From Lama glama (taxonomy: Eukaryota), in assembly GCA_028534125.1 (NCBI GenBank), contig CM052817.1, positions 42,534,001 through 42,598,000 of the forward strand: DNA of 64,000 nt, in the 5' to 3' direction. Within the stretch, counting starts at the first letter, position 1; each line of letters begins with the position of its first letter. A program made the translations under genes and the position numbers. Below, in pieces: positions 25,851 through 38,034 of this stretch. The notes below the pieces were generated by a model. The model saw only the letters and a program-made list of their open reading frames with translations, had not been told where the DNA came from and searched no databases.

Positions 25851-27209
25851 TTAAAGCAGAATATGATGTACTTGACTTAGCACCAAACACACACTAGGTT
25901 TTCAAAAAAAAAAAAAAAAAGAAAAAAGAAAGAAAAAGAAAAAGGAAGCAAGGGAAAAGGGCAACACATTGAACATAAAATCCTACTGAGTTTAAAGCTT
26001 ATATAGTTCTTTATAGCTGAGTATTTAATTGCCTTTTAATTATTTCTGGTTATATTAGTTGTGTCTTACTAAATAGTTTTTGACTCTTTGAGGTAAGGTA
26101 ACATAAATTGTATACACCAGCATCGCAAACAATATTTACCATGATTTCAGGTTAAAAATAGTAACCCAAATAGTATTTACTGGTTAATTTCTCAAATAAT
26201 TTGCTTTTTAACCATTCATCTTTAACATTTTCAGGTTACTACTGAGTGCGCTAAAAGTAATGACTCCCTAATAGTGTACCAATGATACACAAGATTTAAG
26301 GTACCCCTGGGGTGGGGGGGCATTACCACTTTTTCCATCAGGCTGGGCACAATACTGGTAACACTTCATGTGTTACTAATTTGGCAAGAATGATTTCATT
26401 TCAAGAAAACCTGAAGTATAAAGTAGAATTTTAGGCATGTTCTTAGTTTATCCACCAATTAATCAACTTAAAAACCTAGAGTAAAAGTCAAATCCCAGAC
26501 ATCTAAGCAAAGAAGTCCCGAGACTCAAATTGTTGAGATCTTTTAGACTTCTCCTCTAGTAAATGGGATAAGTACAGTTAGGAGCAATAGAGAAATGTTT
26601 CCTATTTGATTTTATTAACTGATTGATATGAATTAATGCCTTAGGATATTTGATTGTGTCATAAAATGTGTATATGAGCATCATGATTCAATTTAATGTA
26701 CCTATTACTGGTTGATGTGCCATTATATTAGGCTAAATTAAAAGAATTTTATGGAAAAAAAATTACAATTAAAGACTCAAAATTGATTGCATTCATAACT
26801 TAAAAGAAGATATTCTGTTTCATTAATATTTTGAATAATTATAATAATATATCAGAAAACAACATGGGAAACTCAGGAGGTTGACAAAATAAAACAAAGA
26901 TAAATAGATAAAAGAGTCAAAAATAAAGCCCACTTTCTACGTTAAATTCAATATTTTCTTTTTAGCTCAAATTTTTAAGAACTGAAAGAGCAAGGAAAGT
27001 CACAGAGTTAACAGCTTATCTCAGCAAGTAAGTTTTAGGTCACATTGTCAATAAAATAGATTAATTTTTCTTCTTTCATCTTCCAAATTACAAAATAAAT
27101 TATTTCCAAATAAGGCATTTTAATTTTTTAAAATGATGATTTCATAGATAATAAGGTGACAGTTGGAACAGACCATGTCAATTCTCATAATGTAAATGTG
27201 CTTTCCGAA

Positions 27210-27300
27210 TAATGGTGAAACATCCCAGTTTGGCCAAGACTGAGAGGTTTCTGGGGCATGGGACAGTCCCCCTGGCAAACTGGGATGGTTAGACACCTTA
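27210..27300. mobile_element. MER81-like hAT-Blackjack MITE
   Basis: Inverted arms catcccagtttg (27221-27232) / caaactgggatg (27276-27287) around gactgagaggtttctggggcatgggac. Confidence 0.8.
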
Positions 27301-27539
27301 CACATGCAAATTATTTGGTTTTAAATGTAAACTTAAGTTTCTAGAAGCTGATTTGGAAAATGTTGTAATTTACTTCTGAAGACTTATGTTTCTCTCTCAT
27401 TATAAGTAGGTGAAAGATAATTGTAAGTAAATAAAGGCTGATTCAATAGGAGAAGATGGCACATGTATATTAGAGTTTTTCTAATAATTCTTGTTTCTCT
27501 TGCTTCTAAGGACAAAGAAGGATTTCTAACCAGAAAACA

Positions 27540-27711
27540 TTATACCCTTCTTACTGGAAGTGTGGTCAGGGATGAAGAGCATTAGCATCACCTGTGAGCT
27601 TGTTAGAAATTCATAATTCCAAACCTAAACCCAGATCCACTGCATCGGGATCTGCATTATTAACAAATTTTCAGGTAATTCATATGCACACTAGAATCTG
27701 AGAAGTACTGC
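27540..27711. mobile_element. MER5A-like hAT-Charlie MITE
   Basis: aagtgtggtc...agcattagcatcacctgtgagcttgttagaaat...atctgcattattaaca...caggtaattcatatgcacact...tgagaagtactg. Confidence 0.9.
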
Positions 27712-29503
27712 TTTAAACTTTTTCAAGTATCTTCCCTATTGTCAGTTTTTCTCTATTGTCAGCTTTCTTCTGAATTCCTGTTTAGTGCACTATAAAGCTA
27801 AAGCAGCCTCATTAGCTCAGTTGCAATTATTTTGGGATTTGGAATAATTTGACCTGGGTTGTATTGACAACTTTACCCAACAACCTTTGCCCTACATTTG
27901 AAGAAGAGTTCTCTAAGCAAAGAATATACTTAACCAATTTAGGAAAATCAACTCCTTAAAACATGTAACAAATTAATTTTTCATAAAGTAACGAATGTTA
28001 TTTGTACATTAAAGTAGGCCTGTCTAGCAAGACCTTTATTGGGAAACTTTTTTGTTTGCAGGCAACTGAAATAAGTGAAAGAAGGAAAGGTGCATGGGAC
28101 TAAACAGTATTTACACAGCCTTCCCTCAGCCTGATTTTGTTAAGTTTTATTGAACATTTTGGCAAACACTTGTCTAGTTAACCGCCTTTCCCATACTTTC
28201 TTTTCATGTTAAACTGAAAAACTGAGTGTAATTCTTAGAACCAACCATGCTCTTTTAGATCTCCTTGCTTTGCCATTTCATTCTGCTTGGAAATCCTCTC
28301 CCATCACCTTTCACCTCTGTTGTCTGACTCATGCTAATCCTTCACATGCTACTCTAAATACTGTGCCCTGCTCCTTTTAAATCTTCTTGTCTCAGTCTAT
28401 ATTGCTTTGCTGTCCAGTCTACTAGAATATTAATGGGGGAAACTCCAAGTTGTTATTCAGTTAATTGCGGACTATTCACATCTTTAGGGAATTTCACTTT
28501 TAATGTCAGTTTTATAAGAAGCAGCACATGGCCTACTACATGAGCTTTGGAAGAGCGAAGCCATCAAGAAAAGTCAATAAATGCTAGAGGGCCTTGTCTC
28601 AGTAGGAAGTGAGTAGGAAGGGGAAAGTCACACTTTGACTCCTATTCATACCACACTGGCTGTGTTCCTTTGTTTCTGCGTGATAGAACAATTATAATGG
28701 AAATGTTAGCTCCCAAGTAGCCAAAAGGGATAGGTCACTACATGTCACTCTGAAAATTCAGACACTAGTCTGCAAGACTCATCTGTCCACAATGTGAAAC
28801 CAGAATCTGGAGGGCTGAAGTTCTCACATACCTCTAAATGACAACTTGTCTTACCCTAAAAGGCTAGTATTACAGTATCTGTGTTAATTATCAACCATAA
28901 CAAAGTTTAAGTACTACTCTGTTTTCATTTTGATTGGGTACACGTAGGGGTTCTTTCCGTTCTAGCAACCAGGAAAGACCAAGGTGACTTTGGTGAGGAA
29001 GCTGCCTTGTGATACTATCATTATCAGTAATTAGCCACACTTAGTAAGCTTCTATTAATCAAATCCACATCTGGAAAGACTTCCACTAATTCTGTGAGAT
29101 GAACAGTGTTGTTTGAAAATTTAAAGCATAAGAGGTAACATTGCATCACCTTAAAAGCTAACACAAAGCAAAGAGAGAGAAAACCTTATCATTAATGCTT
29201 AGATAACCTTATTTAAACCTGTTCTCTTCAAGATTATATATAACACTTTTACATATAACAGAATGATTAAAATATTCTCCTTGACAAAATTGGAAGCTTC
29301 AAAGTAAAAATTTTAAGCTATTTTATTATCTGTTTATCTCATATGCTAGTTAACAAGATGCTAGTAAATGCTTAAGCATATTGTAAATAAACAGGCAAAG
29401 ATGAAAATCTCAGTTTCAGAGCCTGTGAGTATAAATCATTCGCATTTCTAGAAAAGGGGAAAATGTCCAAATTCTGAGGAAGAACAAAGAGGTGAAGAGT
29501 GTA

Positions 29504-29504
<1 letters not shown>

Positions 29505-29534
<30 letters not shown>
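29505..29534. repeat. (ATT)10 microsatellite
   Basis: Ten perfect ATT units; these explain the poly-Ile ORF 29372-29560. Confidence 0.98.
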
Positions 29535-29535
<1 letters not shown>

Positions 29536-29859
29536 GCCTAGGGAAGGGGAGATAAAGCATCTTGTAAAGAAGAAAATGAATAGCTCCTATTCTCCCATGC
29601 CCCTAGTCAAATATTCTGGGTTTCTAGGCACCTCTGTAGGTACCCATAGGCTAGTAGACAGAATTCCCCACTGACAATGAGAGAGAAAGGTTAGAAAGTG
29701 ATAGCAATCTTTTCAGCTCTAGAGCGACTCAGACTGGCATAAAAAGAAAAAGATTCCAAGAGTTAGCAGTATATTTGAAAAAGTCTAGGATTAGAAATAC
29801 TCACTTCCAGACGTGTATCATTTTTATCCCCTAGAACAAATTTGGCTCTTTGACTCATC

Positions 29860-30830
29860 TTTTTCTTGAGGTATAACTGACAAATAATATTATATTAGTT
29901 TCAGGTGTACAACATGATTCAGAATTTGTGAATATTGTGAAATGATCACAATAAATCAATTTAACATCCATCACTACACATAGTTACAGAAAAAAATTTT
30001 TTCTTGTGATGAGGACTTTAACGATTTACTCTTTTAGCAACTTTCAAATATGCATGACAGCATTATTAACTATAGTCATCATGCTGTACATTGCATCCTG
30101 TGACTATTTTATAGCTGGAAGTTTGTACCATTTGGGAACCTTCGCCCTTTTCACCCATCTCCAACCTCCCACCTCTGGCAACCACCCATCTGTCCCCTGT
30201 ACCTGTAAGCCTGGTTTGTTGTTGTTGTTTAAACTCCACATATAAATGAGATCATATGGCATTTGTCTTTCTCTAACTGACTTATTTCACTTAACATAAT
30301 GTCTTCAAGGTCATCCACATTGTAGCGAATGGCAAGATTTCATTCCTTTTTATGGCTGAGTAGTATTTCATTATATATATATATATAACGAAATAACATG
30401 TTTACCACAACATCTTTATCCATTCATCCATCTGTGGACACTTAGATGGTTTCCATATCTTGACTACTGTAAACAATGCTAAAATGAATACAGGGAAGGA
30501 GCATATATCTTTCTAAACCAGTGTTTTCATTTTCTTTGGATAAACACCCAGAGGCAGAATTTATGGATCAAATGGTGGTTCTATGTTTTAATATTTTGAG
30601 GAAATTCCATACTGTTTCGATAGTGGCTGGAAATTACCAATTTACATTCCAACCAAAACCCTTTTCTCCACCTTCTCCTCAATACTTGTTATTTATTGTT
30701 TTTTGGATAATAGCCATTCTAATATATGTGAGCTGATAATCTCATTTTGATTTGCCTTTGCCTGCTAATAAGTGACACTGAGTGTCTTTTCATGTACCTG
30801 TTGGCCATCTATGTTTTCTTTAGAAAAATG
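29860..30830 (-). mobile_element. L1 (L1MA-like) 3' end
   Basis: ttgaggtataactgaca...ttcaggtgtacaacat...gacttatttcacttaacataatg...tttatccattcatcca...catgtacctgttggccat. Confidence 0.95.
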
Positions 30831-30959
30831 GCTCATCTTAGCCAACTACACTACCCCATGCTTTATTTAATTATAGTAGCTCCTGACCCAGATCTCCCCA
30901 AAAAACTACATTTAGACATAATTTAGCAAGGCACCTACTATCTATATGCCTCCTATTCT

Positions 30960-31080
30960 AGATATAGTGGAAAGAGCACCAGACTTAGTTGACCTGGATA
31001 AAAATCTTAAGGCTACCATTCTCTAGTCAGGGAAGTTAGGGCGATTAATTAAACCTCACTGAGTCCTGTTTTTCTCCTCT
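30960..31080 (+). mobile_element. MIR fragment
   Basis: atagtggaaagagcaccagactt...gacctgg...aacctcactgagtc. Confidence 0.65.
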
Positions 31081-31914
31081 AGGTCTACTGCAAAGGTCAT
31101 CTCATTTCATGCTTTTAAAATTTCTCTACAAATGAAAAGAATGATATTCTTGTAAAATGAAATAAAGGCCTGAAAATTCTTCCAACAATCCTAGTAATGT
31201 ATTGCCTACCATTTCATCACCTTCATTAGTCTATTATTGTTGTTTTTTTCTAGTGGAAACACATCTCAGTTATTAATTAAAGTTAGTGATAACACTGGAT
31301 TCAATTTTTCTATTTTTCTTCATTAACCAAAGCTCCTATTAAACTATATTAATTCCAAAAGCTTACCGATGCTAGTTATTGTTATTATTATTATTTTATG
31401 ATAAATATGTCAATATATTTAAACTATGTACTATGTTTTACTCAAAAATTCAACAAAGGTTAAAAAAAAAAAAAGAACCTGGCTTCCTAGCCAACTGATA
31501 TCATTGTAAAGTCATTCCATTCCTGGTACTAAACTGTTTATACTGGTTTCAAATCATTTAATGTAGGAAGAACACACAGTAAGATGTGTAGTATCTTTCC
31601 AGAGCAGCCTTCATTATGTGCCATACTTAGTAATAAAAAAAATACCTCCTCTCATATGCCCATGGTTGGCAGATACAGTTTCTGAATGGTCCATTAATCT
31701 CAAACACTTGCTCCCAACCTCACTGTCTAGCTACAATTTGTACCTTAATCTCAACCATTTAGCTCGGTAGCCCAGTATTTCTTGGCATCATCTACTTTTC
31801 ACTTAAATACCCCTTTGCCTCACCTTCCTGTCTTGGCATATATACAAAGAACCCTTACACCACTCCCAATTCAACCACAGCCACAGGACATTTGCTCCCA
31901 TATGTTGCTCCAAT

Positions 31915-32588
31915 TTATTCATTCAACAAATATTTATTGAGAGCCACCAGGTAATGTTTTAAGGACTATGGATACAGTAGTGAATAAAAGAACAAAGATC
32001 CCTACCCTTATAGAGGTTACAGTCTCTGGAGGAAGTGGCAAGAGAGACAGTAAACAACGATCTAACAAATAAGTAAACTATTTAGTATGTTAGATGATAA
32101 AAGTGATGGGAAAAAACAACAGAATAAGAGAATTGGGAGTACCAATTTTGATGGTATTAGAAGGAAACAGTGGTCAGGCTGGGCTTCAGTGAGGTGCTGA
32201 GTTCTAGGCAAAGCTCTGAAGCAGTGAGGGAGTAGGTGTCATAGATATTTAGAGTGAGAGTGTTTTTCTGGGGAAGTATAATGGTGAGTACAATGACAGA
32301 AGAATAGGCAAGGTAATTAAGAATACATATAAGGGAACAATTTTAGTGACTTGCCAATAAATATTCACTAGATAAAGAGGGAAGCAAATACATGAAGAGT
32401 GAGAAATAATAAAAAGTTGGTAACACAGTAAACTGTAGATCACAGTGGGAATGAAAGACTATAGAAGTGGGAATTCTTGAAGATGGAGACTAGAAATACA
32501 GGAGTGGTGATCAGAAAGTGACATGCTTAAAACCGAGATAGTAGATGGCTACATTTCTTGATATTGATAGGATCTAGGATATGACCAT
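31915..32588 (-). mobile_element. L2 LINE (3' end plus internal pieces)
   Basis: ttattcattcaacaaatatttattgagagcc...ggatacagtagtgaataaaa...ccctaccc, the canonical antisense L2a end. Confidence 0.85.
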
Positions 32589-32604
32589 ACACAAAAGTCC
32601 TAAG

Positions 32605-33468
32605 GTAAGAAAGTTTATTTAAAGACATAATGACTGAGAACTTTCCAAATCTGGAGAGACATTTGGACATACAAGTTCATAGATCCCACTATAATTTCAC
32701 CCCAAATAATCTTCTTCAAGACACATTAAAATACAACAGTCTAAAATCAAAGACAAAGAAAAAATTTAAAGCAGCAAGAGAAAATAAGATTCATTACACA
32801 CAAGAGGACCCCCATAAGTCTATGAGCAGGTTTCTCAGCGGGAACCTTGCAGGCCAGGAGAGAGTGAGATGATACATTCAAAGTGCTGAAAGATTTAAAA
32901 AAACCAAAAAAACAAAAAGAAAGAAAACAGAAAAAAACCCAACCTTCTAATCAAGAATAATTTTCCCAGCAAAGTTGCCCTTCATAAATGAAAGAGATAA
33001 AAACTTTTCCAAACAAAAGCTAAGGGAGTTCATCACCATTGGATCTGTCTTACAAGAAATGCTGAAAGGAGTTCCTCAAGCTGAAATAAAGAATGCTAAT
33101 CAGTAACATGAAAATATAAAACACCCTGGTAAAGGTAAGTACATGATCAAATTCAGAATACTCTAATACTGTAATATTGTGGGGTGTTAATCACTTAACT
33201 CTAGTATAAAGTTAAAGGACAAAATATTAATAATAACTATAATTTGTTAACAGATACACAACATAAAAAGAGGTAAATTGTGACATCAAAAACATAAAAT
33301 TTGGGGAAGGAGGAAGTAAAAAAGGTAGAGTTTTATATGTGATCGAAGTTAAATTGTTATCAGCTTAAACTGCTGTATCTGTAAGATGTTTTATGTAAGC
33401 CTCATGGTAACAATAAAGCCCAAATCTATGGTAGATACACAAAATATAAAGATAAAGGAATCAAAGAA
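32605..33468 (+). mobile_element. L1 ORF1 C-terminal half plus inter-ORF spacer
   Basis: ORF 32630-32872 begins MTENFPNLERHLDIQVH and contains KAARE; downstream aagctaagggagttcatcacca...ttacaagaaatgctgaaggga marks the ORF1 end. Confidence 0.9.
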
Positions 33469-34355
33469 ATATTCCCCTGTTCCCCTTCCCGGGCAGTCTG
33501 CCCACTCCCAGCCATGAGCAACCACTGATCTGATATCTGTCATCATAGATTAGATGTGTCTTCTCGAGGACTTCATATAAATGAAACCATACAATATATA
33601 CTCTTTTGTGTCTGGATTCTTACACTCAGCATGTTTTTGAGATTCATCCATGTTGCTGCATATATTATTAGCACATTCCTTTTTATTGCCAAGTAATGCT
33701 CCATTGTATTTTATATATATATGCATTTTGTTATATATATATATATAGCAATTTGTTTACCCACTCATCTATCGAATGTCTGGATTGTTTCCATTTTGGG
33801 GCTACTTTGAATAAAGCTGCCATGAGCATTAGTTGACAGACCTTTGTGAAAACATGTATTTTTATTTCTCCTGAGTAAATACCTAGAAATGGGATTGCTG
33901 GGCAATATGATACATGTATGGCTGACTTCATAATAAACCACTAAACTGTATCTAAAGCAACTGCACTATATTGCATTCTCAGTAGCAATGTGTGACAGTC
34001 TGAATTCTTCTCATTCCTGCAAACACTCAATATGGTTAATCTTTTAAATTTTAGCCATTCTAAGGTGTGCAGTGTCATTTATAGTTTACATTTTTATTTC
34101 CTGATGACTGCTGATGCTGGGCCTCCCTTTGTGTGCTTGTAAGATGCCTGTATGTCTTCTTTTATGATGTGTCTGTTCAGATGGTTTGCTTAATTTTATT
34201 GGATTATTTTTCTTTTTGAGTTTTGAGAGTTATGTTTGTATATTGTGTATTGTGACTCTAAGTATATATGTATTATTCTTTCATTCTGTGGCTTGTTTTT
34301 TCTTTCTCTCAGTGGTGTCTTTCAAAGAACATATGTTTTACTCTTGATGTGACCA
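33469..34355 (-). mobile_element. Old L1M (MD/ME-like) 3'UTR and ORF2 end, lacking its terminal ~130 bp
   Basis: gcaaccactgatctg...catagattag...cttcatataaatgaaaccatacaatat...ttgagattcatccatgttg; minus ORF 33731-33931 resembles the ORF2 C-terminus (PAIPFLGIY). Confidence 0.9.
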
Positions 34356-34359
34356 TTGA

Positions 34360-35405
34360 GTTTTTTTCTTAATAGACTTTATTTTTTAGACCAGTTTTAG
34401 GCTCACAGAAAAACTGACCAGAAATTCGAGTTCTCATATACTCCCTGCCCTGACCACAATTTCCCCCACTATCAACATCCTGTACCAGAGTTAAAATCTA
34501 TGAACCTACATTGACACATCGTTATCACTCAAAGACTGTAGTTTACATTAGCATTCACATTTGGCGTTTTACATTCTATGGGTTTTGAAAAATGCATAAT
34601 GACATGTGCCCACCTTATGGTATTATACAGCATAGTTTCACAGCCCTAAAAATACTCTGTTTCACCTATTTCTCTTTCCTTCTCTCCATTCCTAGGAAAT
34701 ACTGATCTTTTTACTGTCTCCATAGTTATGCCTTTTAAAAAATGTCAAATAGTCAGAATCATGCAATAAGTAGCCTTTTCTGATTGGCTACTTTTACTTA
34801 GTAATATGCATTTAAGTTTCCTCCATGTCTTTTCCATGGCTAGATACCTCATTTCTTTTTAGTGCTGACAAATATTCCATTGTCTGGATGTACCACAGTT
34901 TATTTACTCATTTACCTACTGATAGACATCTCGATTGCTTCCAAGTTTTGGCAATTATGGATAAAACTGCAATAAACATTCATGTGCAGGTTTTTGTGTG
35001 TACATAAGTTTTCAACTCATTTGGGTAAATAACCAAGGTACATCATTGCTGGATCATATGGTAAGAGTATATTTAGTTTTATAAGAAAAGGCCAAACTGT
35101 CTTCCAAAGTGGCTGCACCATTTTGCATTCCTGCCAGCAATGATGAGGGTGTCTGTTGCTCTATGTTATTGCAAGCATTTAGTGGTATCAGCTGGAGTTT
35201 TGCCATTTTAATAGACATATAGTGGTATCTCATTGTTTAAAATGCAATTCCCTGATGATATATGATGTTAAACATTATTTCATATGCTTATTTTCCATCT
35301 GTATATATTCTTCAGTGAGGTATCTGTTCATATCTTTTACCCATTTTTAATAGAATTGCTTGCTTTTTTGTTGTTGAGTTTTAAGAACATTTTGCATATT
35401 TTTGA
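34360..35405 (-). mobile_element. L1MC-like 3' end nested in the older L1
   Basis: tttttttcttaatagactttattttttagaccagttttaggctcacagaaaaa...tgaacctacattgacacatc...ccaaactgtcttccaaagtggctgcaccattttgcattcc. Confidence 0.92.
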
Positions 35406-35409
35406 GAGA

Positions 35410-35520
35410 CATAACATAGGATTTGAGTGTTGACCTTATGTCCTCTGACCTTACTGAACTTACATGTTAGTCCTAGCAGTTTTGTTTGTTTTTTAAATCC
35501 TTTGGAATTTTTTTTCCATT
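35410..35520 (-). mobile_element. Short L1 ORF2 piece, probably continuing the 33469-34355 element
   Basis: gtgttgaccttatgtcctctgaccttactgaacttacatgttagtcctagcagttt is antisense ORF2 RT-region text. Confidence 0.6.
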
Positions 35521-35529
35521 CCAATATGT

Positions 35530-36510
35530 ATGCTTTATATATATTGGTCTGCTTCATGATGTCTTATAAATCCCTTAAGCTTTCTTCACTCTTTCTCTTT
35601 TCTTTTCTTTCCTTTGATCTTGTTTTTCCTTGTATTTTCTTTTAACTCCACCGATTATTTCCAATTATCTGTTTTTGAGTTAATTGATACTTTCTCCTAG
35701 TTGATCTAGTCTACTATTGAGCCACTCTAGTGAAATTTTCAGTTATCTTGTTCTTCAGCTCCATGATTTCTGTTTGGCACTTTTTAATATTTTCTATCTC
35801 TGTTGATATTCTTGCTTTGTTCATGTATTGTTCATGCATTGTTCTACTGAACACAGAGAACATCTTTAAGACAGTTATTTTGAATTCTGTATCGGGTAGA
35901 TCATATAACTTCATTTCATTAGGGTCAGTTTCTTAAGATTTATCTTATTCCCATGTTTGGAAAATCTCTGCCTGATTTTTAATCTTCCTTGATACTCTGT
36001 GTTGTTTTCTGCACTTTAGACAAAGCAGTCGTCTCTCCCAGTCTTCATGGATCTGCTTCGTACAGGAGAAAATCCCCACCAATCAGCTTGGGCAGAGATT
36101 CTGGGGGCTTCTACCAACTCTCTCTTTCCCGAAGGAGAAGCAGGCAGCTGTGTTTTTTTATCTGCTTGCTCTCTGATGGTCTGGAGTGAAGGGAGACCCA
36201 TCGTGTTTAGCCATCCAAACTGCCATTGCTCTTCTCCCCCAGGTAGTTAGATAAAACCAGACCCATCAGAGCTCCTAGACTGGCAAGACAGGTAACAGTT
36301 CTTCAGGCAGCCCCAGAGTAGTTGGGATGCTAGATGCATGAATCAACTTTTTCCCTCCACAGACAGAAACTATGAGCTGGGATTTTTTTTGTCTGCTCTC
36401 TCCCCCTGTACTGAACAGGCAGCAGAATTTATGATGTCTATCAGTCTAAACTTCTGCCTCTCTTCTCCCCCAGGTGGTTAAACTGTGTCAGAACCATCAG
36501 AACTCCAAGT
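35530..36510 (-). mobile_element. L1 5'UTR and ORF1 N-terminal coiled coil (copy B)
   Basis: Minus ORF 35714-35914 LYDLPDTEFKITVLKM...QTEIMELKNKITE; later text reads ...EESLRDL*DIMKQTNI and breaks at ~35535. Confidence 0.88.
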
Positions 36511-36514
36511 TCAC

Positions 36515-37878
36515 TTAGGCTATCTTCACTCTTTTTTCATTCTTATTTGTTGCTGTTCTCTTCTGACTGGATAATTCAAATGGCCTGTCTTCTCACAAAT
36601 TCTTTCTTCTGTTTGATCCAGTCTGCTACTGATGTTCTCTATTGCAGTTTTCATTTCATTCATTGTATTCTTCAGGTCTGGAATTTCTGTTTGGTTCATT
36701 TTTATCATTTCTATCTCTCCATTAAATGTCTCATTTTGTTCATGTACTGTCTTCCGGATTTTACTGAACTGTCTTGCTGTATTTTCGTGTAGCTCACTGA
36801 GCTTTTTGTAAAACAACTATTTTAGATTCTTTACTGAGGAAATAGCAGATCTCCATTTCTTTGGGGTGGGCTACTAGAAAATTATTGTGTTCCTTATGTG
36901 GTATCACGTTTTCTTGACTTTTGAAGTCCCTTGAAGCCTTGCATTTCTCTCTTTACACCTGAAGATGTTGTTACTTCCTCCAGTCTCTACTGACTGGCTT
37001 TGGGAGAGAAATACTTTCTTTCAGCTTTGTTGGGGATTTTGAAGCTTTCTCAGATCTTTTCTATAGATACACCTGCTCTACACTTCTTTCTCCCTTTTGA
37101 GAAGGATTTCCTAAGATTCCATGCCTACAAAGCCAGGCCGGGTGTTGACAGCTTCCCTTTTGCTTTCCCTAGAATGGTGCTGAATGCTCAGTTTGTGTGC
37201 TTTCTGCAATCCCACAGTCGGTTGACTTTCTGTGTATGCTCACTCACTGTCTGTGAAGGCTTGCTCTTGCCGCCCTCAGGGACATGCACGGAGAAAAGGC
37301 TACGAGAGCAGGTCTGAGTGGGTGAGGCACGTGAAGCACTGGGAGTGTCTGTGGGATAGTGCATGGGATCTTCAGACAATGCATTCCCTGGCTTGTGGGT
37401 GGACTTCCTGATGGGGATCTATGAAGGAGTTAGTAGTAGCCACCTCCCTTTGATATGTTTCACTCAGAACCTGGCTGCTGCTCTCCCAGCCACTTACTGG
37501 CCCTCAGTCATGCAGCTCATGACTCAGCATTCTGGATTGTGTGAGAAAGAAAAGGGCCTCTTTGGTAGAGTCCTTCACAGCTGAGGAAACCAAGCATTCA
37601 CTCACACCTTCTCACTTTCCCATCAGAGAAATCACGGGTCAAGAAGGTCTCTCTTGGCACTAAGCCTGGCACTTAGCTTGATGTGGATGAAGAGGATCTG
37701 TTCCTTTTATCCTCTTCAGTGCATCTAATCTCAGACTGTTTTTGCTCCAAAAGTTGTAACTTCTCCACTGGATTCCCAAACTTCCAAAAAGGCCCTCTCC
37801 TATGTGGGTGATTGTCAAAATTGATGTTCCTTGAGGGAAGATGGTAGAAAATTATTTCATCCTGTTGATGATGTCACA
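36515..37878 (-). mobile_element. Second L1 5'UTR and ORF1 N-terminus (copy C)
   Basis: Minus ORF 36526-36816 KKLSELHENT...NQTEIPDLKNTMNEMKTAIENISSRLDQTEERICE, with GC-richer 5'UTR-like sequence up to ~37878. Confidence 0.85.
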
Positions 37879-37889
37879 ACACAAATATA

Positions 37890-38017
37890 CTTTCTATATT
37901 TCAGTTGTGGTAAGGGTTACATGGGTATATAAATCAGTTAAACTCATTAAAATGTACAAAGTAGATGCTTTTTATTGTATTTAAATTATACCACAACAAA
38001 ACTGATTAAGAAAAAAA
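37890..38017 (+). mobile_element. Terminal ~130 bp of an old L1M 3'UTR with A tail
   Basis: ttctatatttcagttgtggtaagggttacatgggtatata...aactcattaaaatgtaca...tttattgtatttaaattatacc...aagaaaaaaa. Confidence 0.85.
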
Positions 38018-38034
38018 CCCTCAATGGTTGTATT

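Noticed and set aside
25905..25945. Poly(A)/GA-rich tract suggesting a retrocopy tail
   Set aside because: No upstream element body or TSD is identifiable; treated as low complexity.
27511..27546. Plus-strand acceptor followed by DKEGFLTRKHY, reminiscent of a PH-domain start
   Set aside because: It runs straight into a MER5A element with no donor; coincidental.
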